Of a stretch of DNA of 64,000 nt, positions 1 through 8,901 are shown in pieces. How positions within the stretch are numbered: the stretch's first letter is position 1; each line of letters opens with the position of its first letter. Both the position numbers and the translations under genes were made by a program. The notes under the pieces are model-generated. The model worked only from the letters and a program-made list of their open reading frames with translations, was not told the origin of the DNA and did no database searches. The stretch is from a virus (lineage: Duplodnaviria; Caudoviricetes): IMG/VR virus record IMGVR_UViG_3300033066_001296, positions 1 through 64,000 of that record. One strand, given 5' to 3'.

Positions 1-102
1 AATATCTCCTCTGTGTATCCAAGGTTTTTGCTGTTTCACTTGGAGAATCAGCGCCGAAGCAGAACAGCGGCAGGCGCTAGAAGAGTAAACTGCTACCCTG
101 TC

Positions 103-176
103 TGGGGTAGAATTAGCACTTTTCGCGAACCAGAGGAGCAGGCACAGGTTAGAGGTTCGATTCCTCTTACTCTACA
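103..176 (+). ncRNA. tRNA-like element (T-arm and acceptor-like stem only)
   Basis: T-arm AGAGG-TTCGATT-CCTCT (151-167); TACTCTA (168-174) can pair with TGGGGTA (103-109); no pairable anticodon stem found. Confidence 0.3.
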
Positions 177-288
177 GACGGTAGGGCAGGGACAATACCT
201 GTTGCCGCAGTCATCGTGTTGCAACACGATGCGAAGGTGGTGAGGCATCTTTGAGTGGCCCTGCGAAACGGGGCCACACCTCACAATT

Positions 289-360
289 CAGGGTGTAGCC
301 TAGTGGTTCAGGTTCGGCCTTTGGAGCGCTGAGACGGGTGTTCGATTCACCCCACCCTGA
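289..360 (+). tRNA. tRNA-Pro(UGG)
   Basis: Acceptor CAGGGTG/CACCCTG, D-stem GCCT/AGGT, loop TTTGGAG with anticodon TGG at 322-324, T-arm GGGTG-TTCGATT-CACCC, discriminator A; C1-G72/A73 are Pro identity elements; CCA not encoded. Confidence 0.85.
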
Positions 361-407
361 CTAAGTTTGTACTTGATGACTATGTTACAATCCTTCAGTC
401 TGTGCCT

Positions 408-887
408 ATGGAAGAAACTAGGCAATGCTTGACGTGTGGCAGTACCAAACCGCTCAACGAAGAGAACTTCGTATACAGAAATAAGAAGCTTGGGCAATTC
501 ACATCGTACTGCCGCCCATGCAAGACCAAATACAACAACGATCACTATACTCTACACAAGGCTGAGTACGTGCCACGTCGCGCAGTCCGAAACAAGAACT
601 ACAGACTGCACATAAGTCAGTTTTTGTTGTCTTATCTACAAGAACACCCATGTGTAGATTGTGGCGAGAAAGATCCTGTTGTTTTGGAGTTTGACCATCA
701 GAGAGACAAAGTTAGATCTCTGTGTATGATGACAGCAGCGGGTTTCTCAATTGAGAAAATTAAAACTGAGATAGATAAGTGCGAGGTTCGCTGTGCAAAT
801 TGTCACCGCAGACGAACCTCACAACAACGAGGTTGGTTCCGCTCTATATCAGGGCAGGCGATAAGGACAAACCATGGAACTCTTTGA
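408..887 (+). CDS. HNH-type endonuclease with zinc fingers
   Basis: CxxC pairs, CVDCGEKDPVVLEFDH...EIDKCEVRCANCHRRRT; extended -10 TGtTACAAT at 383-391. Confidence 0.75.
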   Translation: MEETRQCLTCGSTKPLNEENFVYRNKKLGQFTSYCRPCKTKYNNDHYTLHKAEYVPRRAVRNKNYRLHISQFLLSYLQEHPCVDCGEKDPVVLEFDHQRDKVRSLCMMTAAGFSIEKIKTEIDKCEVRCANCHRRRTSQQRGWFRSISGQAIRTNHGTL

Positions 888-1089
888 TAAGAATGAGCGA
901 TTCACAAATCAAGCTCTCGATATTGATCGGGAGTTCTGCCAAGCGCTCAAGCCAATCTTTCTTAAATACACGCGACAAGGCGCATCAATTCGGCAGCTTG
1001 CGTATATCGCATCGAGTTCTCTAGCTGAAACACACTTGGACTTGCTGCTGGATGATCCAAAGATTGTCCGAGGCAGTTCCGTCGAATAA
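874..1089 (+). CDS. hypothetical protein
   Basis: 71-aa ORF with AGGA upstream, overlaps previous gene. Confidence 0.5.
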   Translation: MELFDKNERFTNQALDIDREFCQALKPIFLKYTRQGASIRQLAYIASSSLAETHLDLLLDDPKIVRGSSVE

Positions 1090-1344
1090 GACAACCAAGC
1101 TTGTTCCTGTGAGTACAAGTGTACAAGCGAGCCTTTGAAGTTCGCGAAGATGGTGCGATTCCATCCACAGGATCCATGCGAGTAGGTCGAGTTGTCCTCG
1201 GGAGCATCATGCGCGCCCCGATCAGAAGGTGTAACTCCTTCGCTCGCAACCAATGCGGGGTTGATGTAGCAGCAACATGGCACACTTCCACTGTGCTCTC
1301 AGGAGTGCAAATCTCCTACTCCGCTCTACGTAACAAGAGGTTCC

Positions 1345-1623
1345 ATGACATACGATCCAGTCAAGTTCGCACAGGGTATTGATGAAGAACTCTCTCAGAT
1401 TCGCGAGACCCTGATCCTAAAGAACAAGGATTATGGTGATAGTGCATTGAGTCCTATCGGAGTCTTTGCCGAGCCTGATCCCGTTCAACAGCTCTGCGTT
1501 CAGATCGACCACAAATTGAAGAGAATTCAGAACACAAAAGCTGGATCTGCAATCCAAGAAGACACCCTCAAAGACCTCATCGGCTACTTGATCCTTCTCC
1601 GAATCGCACTGAAGAATCCATGA
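1345..1623 (+). CDS. DUF1599 / nucleotide-modification-associated (MazG-like fold) protein
   Basis: KNKDYGDS...IDHKLKRI...EDTLKDLIGY signature. Confidence 0.75.
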   Translation: MTYDPVKFAQGIDEELSQIRETLILKNKDYGDSALSPIGVFAEPDPVQQLCVQIDHKLKRIQNTKAGSAIQEDTLKDLIGYLILLRIALKNP

Positions 1624-1691
1624 AGGTTCTCGTTCTGGAACCTGTCGTTTATCGTTGATCATCGGCAGGATTTCTGCCATTGATTCAGATC

Positions 1692-2111
1692 ATGAGCAGT
1701 TCAATTCCGTTGTGCGCTTGTGGATGCGGAGAGCCCGTAAGATTTCATGGCAGGAAGCCGATGACCTACAAGAAAGGTCATCATCGCAGGAAGCATGGTT
1801 TCAAATCGGAAGGCACCTTTTGTCCGAAGTTGGCTAGGGTCAACGAGCGGATGACCAGAGAGTTCGGTATCACTAGAGAGCAGTCCGATAAGATGCTGGA
1901 AGCACAGAACGGTGTCTGTGCGATCTGTTCGTGCATAACAAATTGCAAGGACAAGAGCGGAGAACTGAAATGGTGTATCGACCATTGTCATAAAACTGGC
2001 AAAGTTCGTGGTATTCTTTGTCACCTTTGCAATGCTGCACTTGGGCTGTTTCGCGACGATATACAAACACTCGAGAATGCTCGTGCATACCTCATCAGGT
2101 CTGAACAGTGA
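1692..2111 (+). CDS. endonuclease VII-family nuclease
   Basis: CACGCG N-terminus; QNGVCAIC...IDHCHKTGKVRGILCHLCNAALG. Confidence 0.85.
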   Translation: MSSSIPLCACGCGEPVRFHGRKPMTYKKGHHRRKHGFKSEGTFCPKLARVNERMTREFGITREQSDKMLEAQNGVCAICSCITNCKDKSGELKWCIDHCHKTGKVRGILCHLCNAALGLFRDDIQTLENARAYLIRSEQ

Positions 2112-2542
2112 GCAAGAGAGCTCGTCCCAACAGTTTGGGCATTCTGTGTGCGTGTGAATGTGGGCAACTAACAAACGAAAATCACGGCAAGATTTCAAAG
2201 TTTGTCAAGGGTCACAGTGCTCGTAAGTTCAAGAATGGAGAGCTCCGTAGTGGCAAGGTAGCAGATGCTTTCTATTGCCTGAAAAGAAAATACGGACTTA
2301 CGTACGAGGCTTACTATGAGCTATTGCAAAAACAAAACGGGGTCTGTGCAATCTGCGGAACAGATAATCCTGGCAATGCTCGTGGTGGCCGATGCCCTCG
2401 CATGGCAGTAGACCATTGTCACAAAACCCGGAAAGTTCGCGGGTTGCTTTGTCAGTCCTGCAATAAAGGACTTGGTAATTTGAAAGACTCTCCCGACGTA
2501 GTGGAAAAAGCAATCAGCTATTTGAAGGAGTATGTAGGCTAA
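2108..2542 (+). CDS. endonuclease VII-family nuclease (tandem paralog)
   Basis: QNGVCAICG...VDHCHKTRKVRGLLCQSCNKGLG; GTGA overlap with previous gene. Confidence 0.85.
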   Translation: MSKRARPNSLGILCACECGQLTNENHGKISKFVKGHSARKFKNGELRSGKVADAFYCLKRKYGLTYEAYYELLQKQNGVCAICGTDNPGNARGGRCPRMAVDHCHKTRKVRGLLCQSCNKGLGNLKDSPDVVEKAISYLKEYVG

Positions 2543-3621
2543 TGAAGGTATGTGTGCTCGGAGATTTTCACATCTGGAACCACTCCCAACTTGGGGGTCC
2601 GATGGAGGGGGGTCTCAATCGCCGTTGCAGGGGGCTGATTCGAGACATCTCCGACACGGTGCAGGGTGCCATCACAGAGTATGGAATCGAAGCTGTAGTT
2701 CAGCTCGGAGACTTCTTCGACAAGTCCAATCCGCCTCCCGCTGTGATGCTCGCTGCGATGGAGCTTCTTCGCCGGTTTGATGTGCAATGGCACATCCTGG
2801 CAGGGAACCATGACATCCGAGCTTTCGGAGTGCCTTCCGCCATCGCACCGCTTCGGCACCTCCCCAACGTCAAGGTCTACGAAGAGCCTACATTGGTAGA
2901 GCTCGGCGGTGCCCCCTGGGCAATGATCCCCTTCACCGCAAGAACTGCCGATGAGTCGGTGAAGAAAGCCTTGGAGCTTCTCAGTCCTGCCGTTGATGAA
3001 ACACGGTTTGCCTGCCTCCACTATGGAGCCGTTCGGGAGTACAGCAGCAATCGACCGGATGTGACCCCGCTCCGAGACTACTTCTGGACAGGGCACACCT
3101 CGGATCGTTATCCGACAAACTGGTTCTTCGGTCACGAGCATGGGAGTCGGGCGGTTGCAAACACATCCGAGCACACCAAAGCACGATCGCTCGGTTCTTT
3201 CTGTCAGCACAACTTCGGCGATCCCAATATCATCTACATTGGGGCAATCGTAGATACAAACCTTCTCGACGTTGTGAAGGTCGTAGAGCTCATGGGTCCA
3301 AGGTTTGTGGATCTCCGTGAGGTGGACTTCACGTTGCTTGGAACGCACCGTAATGCCTCTGCGGTTTATGCAATCTTCAGTCCCGAAGATGCTTCTCTTG
3401 CTGAAAGGCTTCGAGAGGTTGGAATCATCACAGACTTCCGCATTGCCCCGATACAACGGGAAGAGAGCGCCGATGGCTTTGCTGCGGAGTCTGCCCCATT
3501 GACCAGCTCGGAACCTGTGGACATCGATCAGTGTGTGTTGGAAGAGCTCCAAACCAAGCGAAGCGACGAAGAGCTTCTGAAAGCCTGGGAATACTATGAG
3601 CAACTCAAGCAGCGGATCTAG
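2542..3621 (+). CDS. SbcD/Mre11-like metallophosphoesterase nuclease (T4 gp47-like)
   Basis: GDFH, LGDFFD, AGNHD, GHEH motifs; TAATG coupling. Confidence 0.9.
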   Translation: MKVCVLGDFHIWNHSQLGGPMEGGLNRRCRGLIRDISDTVQGAITEYGIEAVVQLGDFFDKSNPPPAVMLAAMELLRRFDVQWHILAGNHDIRAFGVPSAIAPLRHLPNVKVYEEPTLVELGGAPWAMIPFTARTADESVKKALELLSPAVDETRFACLHYGAVREYSSNRPDVTPLRDYFWTGHTSDRYPTNWFFGHEHGSRAVANTSEHTKARSLGSFCQHNFGDPNIIYIGAIVDTNLLDVVKVVELMGPRFVDLREVDFTLLGTHRNASAVYAIFSPEDASLAERLREVGIITDFRIAPIQREESADGFAAESAPLTSSEPVDIDQCVLEELQTKRSDEELLKAWEYYEQLKQRI

Positions 3622-4114
3622 AGGCCCTATACTCCCGTCGCCGCATCACAGCACCAACCTCGTGGACAATCTGGAACTCTGGAACAGGCTTCTGGCCTAC
3701 TTCAAGGGGGCACAGCACGAAGAAGAGGTTCACTTCCTGTCCACGAACTACTCCCTGCTCAAGTTCACAAAGTCTGTAACTGGTGACCAGAGCATTCGAC
3801 TCTACGGCATCCGAGAAAGCGCCATGAAACTCTACCTCGGTCAATATGACCTTGTACTGTCCGAAACATCCTTGAATGATCTCGCAGTTCGAGACTACAC
3901 AAATGAACAGCTTGCACAGCTCTTGGAGAAGGTCTCCATGCTGCGGAGACATCCGGTGCTGGAAACCATGCTCCAGAAGGCGCTAGAAGCCGTCAAGAAC
4001 GGCGCGGAATGGGGTAGCATGGATGAACCCCTTCGCTTCGCTGTATGGACCCTCCAAGGGGCTGTAAACGCCTGGGACAAGCGGGTGCTCGAACTGGAAA
4101 GGAAACTGAAGTAA
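3596..4114 (+). CDS. hypothetical protein (start uncertain)
   Basis: 172-aa ORF in operon with typical codon usage. Confidence 0.55.
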   Translation: MSNSSSGSRGPILPSPHHSTNLVDNLELWNRLLAYFKGAQHEEEVHFLSTNYSLLKFTKSVTGDQSIRLYGIRESAMKLYLGQYDLVLSETSLNDLAVRDYTNEQLAQLLEKVSMLRRHPVLETMLQKALEAVKNGAEWGSMDEPLRFAVWTLQGAVNAWDKRVLELERKLK

Positions 4115-4374
4115 TGACGTACTTGATCTGGGATTACGAAGATCGAAAACTCTACAACTTTGAATCTGATTCAGATCTTGAAGAGGCTGCTTATGAGGCT
4201 GCAAAGAAGCTCTACAGTGATTGCTACGAATCTCACGATTTCAAGATTGGAGTCTCAGAGGATGGTATGACATGGCACGATTTTGAATATGAGATCTGCA
4301 TGTCACCAAGCATCTATCAGACCAAATACACGGTAGACGTTTCCGATCCGAGACCTCAACCGAGCAAGCTGTAA
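4114..4374 (+). CDS. acidic hypothetical protein
   Basis: TAATG coupling; begins MTYLIWDYEDRK. Confidence 0.6.
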   Translation: MTYLIWDYEDRKLYNFESDSDLEEAAYEAAKKLYSDCYESHDFKIGVSEDGMTWHDFEYEICMSPSIYQTKYTVDVSDPRPQPSKL

Positions 4375-4383
4375 GGTTTCACC

Positions 4384-4758
4384 ATGGAAGAACTTGTTGG
4401 TAAGAAGATCCTTGGGATCTTTCCTGATTCTAGCAGCATCGTTTTCGCTACGAGTGATGGGGGGCTCTCTTACACTGTAGAGGGTGATTGCTGCTCTCAT
4501 TCCTGGTTCGAGTCGATTCAGGGCGTGGAAGCCTTGATGCACGGAACTGTTTCCAGCGTTGATGATCTCATCCTTGGAAGCGACGAGGATGCCTACTCTG
4601 TTGTCAAGGTCTACGGTATCCGTATCGTGACGGATAAGGGCTACGCAACGATCGAGTACAGAAACTCCTCGAATGGTTATTACGGAGGCTGGTGTCGGTT
4701 TGATGGCACTTGCGCAATTCCAGAAGCGGGGTCCATTCAGGACGACTGGAGTTCATGA
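4384..4758 (+). CDS. conserved phage hypothetical protein
   Basis: EGDCCSHSWF and RNSSNGYYGG motifs resemble a recurrent small phage family. Confidence 0.65.
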   Translation: MEELVGKKILGIFPDSSSIVFATSDGGLSYTVEGDCCSHSWFESIQGVEALMHGTVSSVDDLILGSDEDAYSVVKVYGIRIVTDKGYATIEYRNSSNGYYGGWCRFDGTCAIPEAGSIQDDWSS

Positions 4759-6344
4759 AGCTACTCAGTCTTGAACTTACGAAATTCCTCTGCCATACGG
4801 GGCCTGTTCTATTTGAGTTTGGTCCTGGGGTGACATTGCTCTCTGGGCCGAATGGGGTCGGCAAGAGCGCACTTCTGGAGGGCATCCTCTGGGCGATCTG
4901 GGGCTTCGTTCCGAGTCGCCCCGCTCGAATTGAGGGCTCTCGAGCAGTGCTCAAGTGCAGCGATCAGTTCACCATCGATCGCTCCTACAATGGCAGAACG
5001 GAGAGTGTGGACATTGGTAAGGGTGCGGGAGGGAAGCGCAGGGCTGAAGAGGAGATCGCAGCTCACTTCGGAACCTACTCGGCCTGGGAACGATCCCTCT
5101 ATGTGACCGGAAAGAATGTCTCGCACTTCTCCTCAGGGAACGCCACAACACGCTGGGATCACCTCGAGAGGGTGACAGGGGCTCTTCGGTTCCGAGAGCT
5201 TCAGAAAGCCTCTGCGGAGGATCTGACGGCACTTCAGAAGTCTTCGGAGGCGGTGGTTCAAGAGGTTGATGCGCTCCGCGATCGGATCCTGCGCGCAAAG
5301 TCCAACTTTGAGGATCGCCGCAGATTTCGAGAGCTCATCTACGATGACTTCAACGAGCCTCAACTCCGAGAGGATCTGAAACGTCTCACCGAAGAGTTTG
5401 ATCATGTGGAGGCTCAGAAGAGCACTCTTCAAGATACACTCTCCGAGTTTGAGAAAGAGATTCAGCCTCTCCTACGAGAACACCGCAGCTTGGAAGAGGC
5501 TCTACAAAGAGTGGTCTACAAACTCTGTGAGACTTGCGGATCAAGTGTTCCCGTAGAGAAGGACAAATCCTCTCTACGAGATCGTCTCTCCGTAATCAAA
5601 GATGAGATCTTGAAAGCCAAGGAGGTAAAGAACGAGTTCCTCGAAGAGATCTCAAGATTGAGTAGCGAAGGTCAGAATCTTCTGGAAGAGATCTCCGACA
5701 TCAAGCTCACACTTGCGGAGCTTGCACGTCGTGAGGATGTACTTCTTCAGGAAGAAGAGTCCTGTCTGAAGCAACTCCAGACAATCTTCGATGCGGAGTC
5801 CAGACTTCTCAAACTGACAACCGATTCGGAGATTGCTTACGATCGGTTGAAGGTTGGGAAGGACGTGAGCAAGGCTCTCTCGCCTTCGGGCGCTCCTCGA
5901 AGATACCTTCGCCAATACCTCGATCGAATTGGTCAGTACGCAAACTACTACCTTTCCGCACTCGGATCTCCGATTCAAGTGCAGCTTGTGGTGGGGGATG
6001 ACAACAAGACCCTGGACATCAAGGTTGCGGGTATTCCTGCGAAGCGCTACGAGCACGCTTCCGGGGGCCAGCAGCGGAGGATTGACCTCTGCCTGCTCCT
6101 CGCCATGGCAGAGGCCGCAGCGGAGGTTGGAACGATCCCCAAGGATGCTCCACTCATCTTTGACGAGGCGCTGGATACACTTGACGCCGAGGGTGTGGAA
6201 TCGCTTATCTTCCTTGCGTGCGACATCGCCACACGGAGACAAGTGCTCCTCGTAAGCCACGCCGATCCGGTGCTTCCGCTCGGAACTCAGGTACACCACA
6301 TCAAGCTGGGATCGAATTCGTGGACTCCCTCTACATCCGTTTGA
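4755..6344 (+). CDS. SbcC/Rad50-like ATPase (T4 gp46-like)
   Basis: Walker A GPNGVGKS, central coiled coil with CETC zinc hook, signature SGGQ, Walker B LIFDEALD; ATGA overlap. Confidence 0.92.
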   Translation: MKLLSLELTKFLCHTGPVLFEFGPGVTLLSGPNGVGKSALLEGILWAIWGFVPSRPARIEGSRAVLKCSDQFTIDRSYNGRTESVDIGKGAGGKRRAEEEIAAHFGTYSAWERSLYVTGKNVSHFSSGNATTRWDHLERVTGALRFRELQKASAEDLTALQKSSEAVVQEVDALRDRILRAKSNFEDRRRFRELIYDDFNEPQLREDLKRLTEEFDHVEAQKSTLQDTLSEFEKEIQPLLREHRSLEEALQRVVYKLCETCGSSVPVEKDKSSLRDRLSVIKDEILKAKEVKNEFLEEISRLSSEGQNLLEEISDIKLTLAELARREDVLLQEEESCLKQLQTIFDAESRLLKLTTDSEIAYDRLKVGKDVSKALSPSGAPRRYLRQYLDRIGQYANYYLSALGSPIQVQLVVGDDNKTLDIKVAGIPAKRYEHASGGQQRRIDLCLLLAMAEAAAEVGTIPKDAPLIFDEALDTLDAEGVESLIFLACDIATRRQVLLVSHADPVLPLGTQVHHIKLGSNSWTPSTSV

Positions 6345-6352
6345 AGTTTGGG

Positions 6353-6616
6353 ATGCCCATGAACGAGTTTAATCGCCTCGTTCTCCAGTATCCGAACTTG
6401 GTAAGGCTGCAAGAGCATTTGCAAGTAAACTCCCACTTCATTGAGTTCGGATCTGTGCTCGGTGCTGTAAACCAATCGCGTTCGGAACCTAAGTATGTGC
6501 TCAAACAACCTCTTCGGTTCCTCGATTGGGCAAAAACATCGGAGCTTTACGACGAAGCGCAGTTGGAGAATCTCGAGTGGTTGATCTGCCAGGAGCTCAT
6601 GAAGGAGATGGTGTGA
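6353..6616 (+). CDS. hypothetical protein
   Basis: 87-aa ORF following sbcC-like gene. Confidence 0.5.
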   Translation: MPMNEFNRLVLQYPNLVRLQEHLQVNSHFIEFGSVLGAVNQSRSEPKYVLKQPLRFLDWAKTSELYDEAQLENLEWLICQELMKEMV

Positions 6617-6631
6617 ACTGTTCAAATGTTC

Positions 6632-6660
6632 TTGACGCTTCTTTGAGCGTTCTCTAAGAT
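6632..6660 (+). promoter_or_regulatory. sigma70-type promoter
   Basis: TTGACG-N17-TAAGAT. Confidence 0.7.
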
Positions 6661-6666
6661 CTGATT

Positions 6667-7110
6667 TGCGCACGTCCGTGGTTTGCAGATTGCGGGCAGT
6701 TTTTCCTTGGCCTGTCTCCCAGGGGCGCACGAGACAGCGTAGACCCTCTCGCTGAATAAGCTTGAGGGTTTTTACGTTTATGGTAGGGTCCTTGACGGAC
6801 CCCGCTGGTAGGGCCTGTGTCGGTTTAGACCCGACCCTCTCGTGGAAAAACCACGTTACGGAAGCAAATAGCCAGTAGTCCATACCCTTCGGTTGAGTCG
6901 GACTTGATCTGTCCCAATGAGGGCTCCAGAGCAAGGGACAGCAGTGGCACCGTGTACGACTTCGGTGGATGATCAAACGGGCGGTATGTCGGCTGGATCG
7001 CTGATAAGACGAGTCTCTTGCAACCTGCACCCCTGAAAAGGCAACCCTTGAGACTCCCGAATCAGCTACAACTCTTGAAACCGGCACCAGACAGGTGCAG
7101 TGGTTGAGGA
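6667..7110 (+). ncRNA. candidate large structured non-coding RNA or leader
   Basis: ORF-free ~450 nt directly after the promoter with at least 8 stems of 5-7 bp and a possible pseudoknot. Confidence 0.5.
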
Positions 7111-7119
7111 AGTCGGTCT

Positions 7120-7587
7120 ATGTCCGAGGTTCTAAGTATAGGGTTCACGGGAACTCAGCAGGGCCTTACGAACCCTCAGAGAAGTTCCCTCTTCACGCTC
7201 CTTGCACAACTCTTCGATCTCGGTGCCAGGTTCCACCACGGAAAGTGCATCGGTGCAGATAGTCAGGCTCACTACCTTGCAAACATGCTCGGTTATGCCA
7301 TTGTGCTGCACCCTCCGCTCCTCGGTAAGAAAGAGGCGAAGTGTCCCATCGAGATCGAAGAGGGTGACGAGATACGCCCTCGCAGAGACTATCTCGATCG
7401 CAACCGTGACATCGTGAACGAGACCACAATCCTGGTTGCGTGTCCGAAGGAAGAAGAGGGCGAAGCTCTTCGTTCGGGCACATGGTTCACAGTTCGATAC
7501 GCCAGAGATCTCAAACGTAAGATCTACATCATCCGACCAAACGGGGAGGTTGAGGATGGATCGACCGATCCTGAAGTCCGAACTTGA
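7120..7587 (+). CDS. SLOG-family (YspA/DprA-like Rossmann) protein
   Basis: IGFTGTQ, HHGKCIGAD, RNRDIV, SGTWFTVRYA motifs. Confidence 0.8.
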   Translation: MSEVLSIGFTGTQQGLTNPQRSSLFTLLAQLFDLGARFHHGKCIGADSQAHYLANMLGYAIVLHPPLLGKKEAKCPIEIEEGDEIRPRRDYLDRNRDIVNETTILVACPKEEEGEALRSGTWFTVRYARDLKRKIYIIRPNGEVEDGSTDPEVRT

Positions 7588-7708
7588 GAAGTGTTTTCGA
7601 GAGGTTCTTGAACAATGGAGCAAGAAACCTCAAATACCAACCGCGGAACGAGTTCTATGGGAGATCTTGGACAGGTTGGAGAAGCTAGATAAGAAGGAAG
7701 AACAATGA
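7556..7708 (+). CDS. small hypothetical protein
   Basis: GAGG upstream; stop overlaps next start. Confidence 0.5.
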   Translation: MDRPILKSELEKCFREVLEQWSKKPQIPTAERVLWEILDRLEKLDKKEEQ

Positions 7709-8019
7709 GTAATCGTCTGATTCGCTATCGTGCAGTTTCGATGAAGGTCGCTGGTAAGGTTCGTTGGCTCGTGGATCAAGTTGTGATTCGCGAGGTGGTC
7801 CGTGGCAAGAAGGTCGTGGCCTGGGACCTCTACTTCCAGAAGACGCGCAAGGCGTTCGAGGGGCAAGACCCGGCTCGTTGGGCACCGCTCCTCTCGCGCA
7901 CCCCGAAGAAGGCGGCTCTGCGTGAGATTCGTCTCCTCCAGAGCGAATACAAGGAGGCCGTAGACGACGCCATGGAGTGCTTCGAGGCCATCACGGATCT
8001 GAGCAAGGTGGTCGATTGA
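7705..8019 (+). CDS. hypothetical protein
   Basis: ATGA-coupled 104-aa ORF. Confidence 0.6.
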   Translation: MSNRLIRYRAVSMKVAGKVRWLVDQVVIREVVRGKKVVAWDLYFQKTRKAFEGQDPARWAPLLSRTPKKAALREIRLLQSEYKEAVDDAMECFEAITDLSKVVD

Positions 8020-8264
8020 GCGCTCTCGGAGAGGAAGAAGCGCAGCTCCTCGCACAGCTTTCCACACTGTGCGAGGTTCTCTCCGAGATCCCCTACGAAA
8101 CCCTCCTTGAGATGGAGCGTAGGGTTGGTCTGGATAACTCCAACATCGCTACCACACTCGATCAATCACTTCGCGCAGGGGCATTCGTAACCTACTGCGC
8201 AGAGCATGGACTCTACGGAAAGATGATCGATGTGGTGGAAGAGCTCCTTCCCGAAGAGAGTTGA
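8016..8264 (+). CDS. hypothetical protein
   Basis: TTGA overlap start. Confidence 0.5.
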   Translation: MSALGEEEAQLLAQLSTLCEVLSEIPYETLLEMERRVGLDNSNIATTLDQSLRAGAFVTYCAEHGLYGKMIDVVEELLPEES

Positions 8265-8671
8265 AGATGTACACAGTTCATCTGCTTCTAGGTGATCTTT
8301 GGAATGATGGGCATGGCAAGTCTCACTCGATCGTAATTGAGACCAATCTGACGACAGATCAGATTCTTGAGTCCTACAAAAAGGGCTGCGAGATTCTTGG
8401 ATTCGACGTGCAGAAGGAGATTGCCGCAGAGTACGAAGACAACAAGCTTCAAGAAAAGTACGCACAGCGTTTTGAAGAGCTTGGGCTTGCCTGGGTCTGG
8501 CATGTTGAGGGGGATGAGGATGGTCCCATCGATCTCGACTGTGACGCCTACGCAGAGTTGTGGCTCTTTGCTGCGAGGCTTGGGGCTCCGAAAGCGATTG
8601 GTTGTGCCTTCGTATACAACGTGATTACACCCGATGCGGTTCACATCGGTGGTTATGGTCTGTTCACATGA
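8261..8671 (+). CDS. hypothetical protein
   Basis: 136-aa ORF; DWSNDGHG-like N-terminus and HIGGYGLF C-terminus resemble recurrent phage proteins. Confidence 0.6.
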   Translation: MKMYTVHLLLGDLWNDGHGKSHSIVIETNLTTDQILESYKKGCEILGFDVQKEIAAEYEDNKLQEKYAQRFEELGLAWVWHVEGDEDGPIDLDCDAYAELWLFAARLGAPKAIGCAFVYNVITPDAVHIGGYGLFT

Positions 8672-8901
8672 TTGACAACAAGTACACACGAGAGACTGCA
8701 ATCGAGGCTCTGAAGCTGTTTGCAGAGAGCGTTCCAGAGTCCAGAAACATGAAGCTCTTTGAGGCTGTTCGGAGAGTTTCGGAGAACTCCTGGCGTCAGA
8801 TCAACGACGAGGCTGACGCCATCGATGCTCTTGCTCTGGCAGAGCTCATGCGCTTTGTCGAGCGAGAGAACATGAATTGGGGGGATGTGTATCCAGAATG
8901 A
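8668..8901 (+). CDS. hypothetical protein
   Basis: ATGA coupling at both ends. Confidence 0.55.
   Translation: MIDNKYTRETAIEALKLFAESVPESRNMKLFEAVRRVSENSWRQINDEADAIDALALAELMRFVERENMNWGDVYPE

Noticed and set aside
103-176. A second canonical tRNA gene
   Set aside because: T-arm and acceptor are plausible but no D-stem or anticodon stem can be paired; kept only as tRNA-like
1119-1382. 87-aa ORF
   Set aside because: No motif, SD or coupling, and competing ORFs on both strands; cannot be supported
6667-7110. Group I or II intron, tmRNA, RNase P or cobalamin riboswitch
   Set aside because: Fragments such as TTGCGGG and TAGTCC resemble group I P/S elements, but there is no matching P7 partner, no interrupted gene, no group II domain V, no tRNA-like ends and no B12 box
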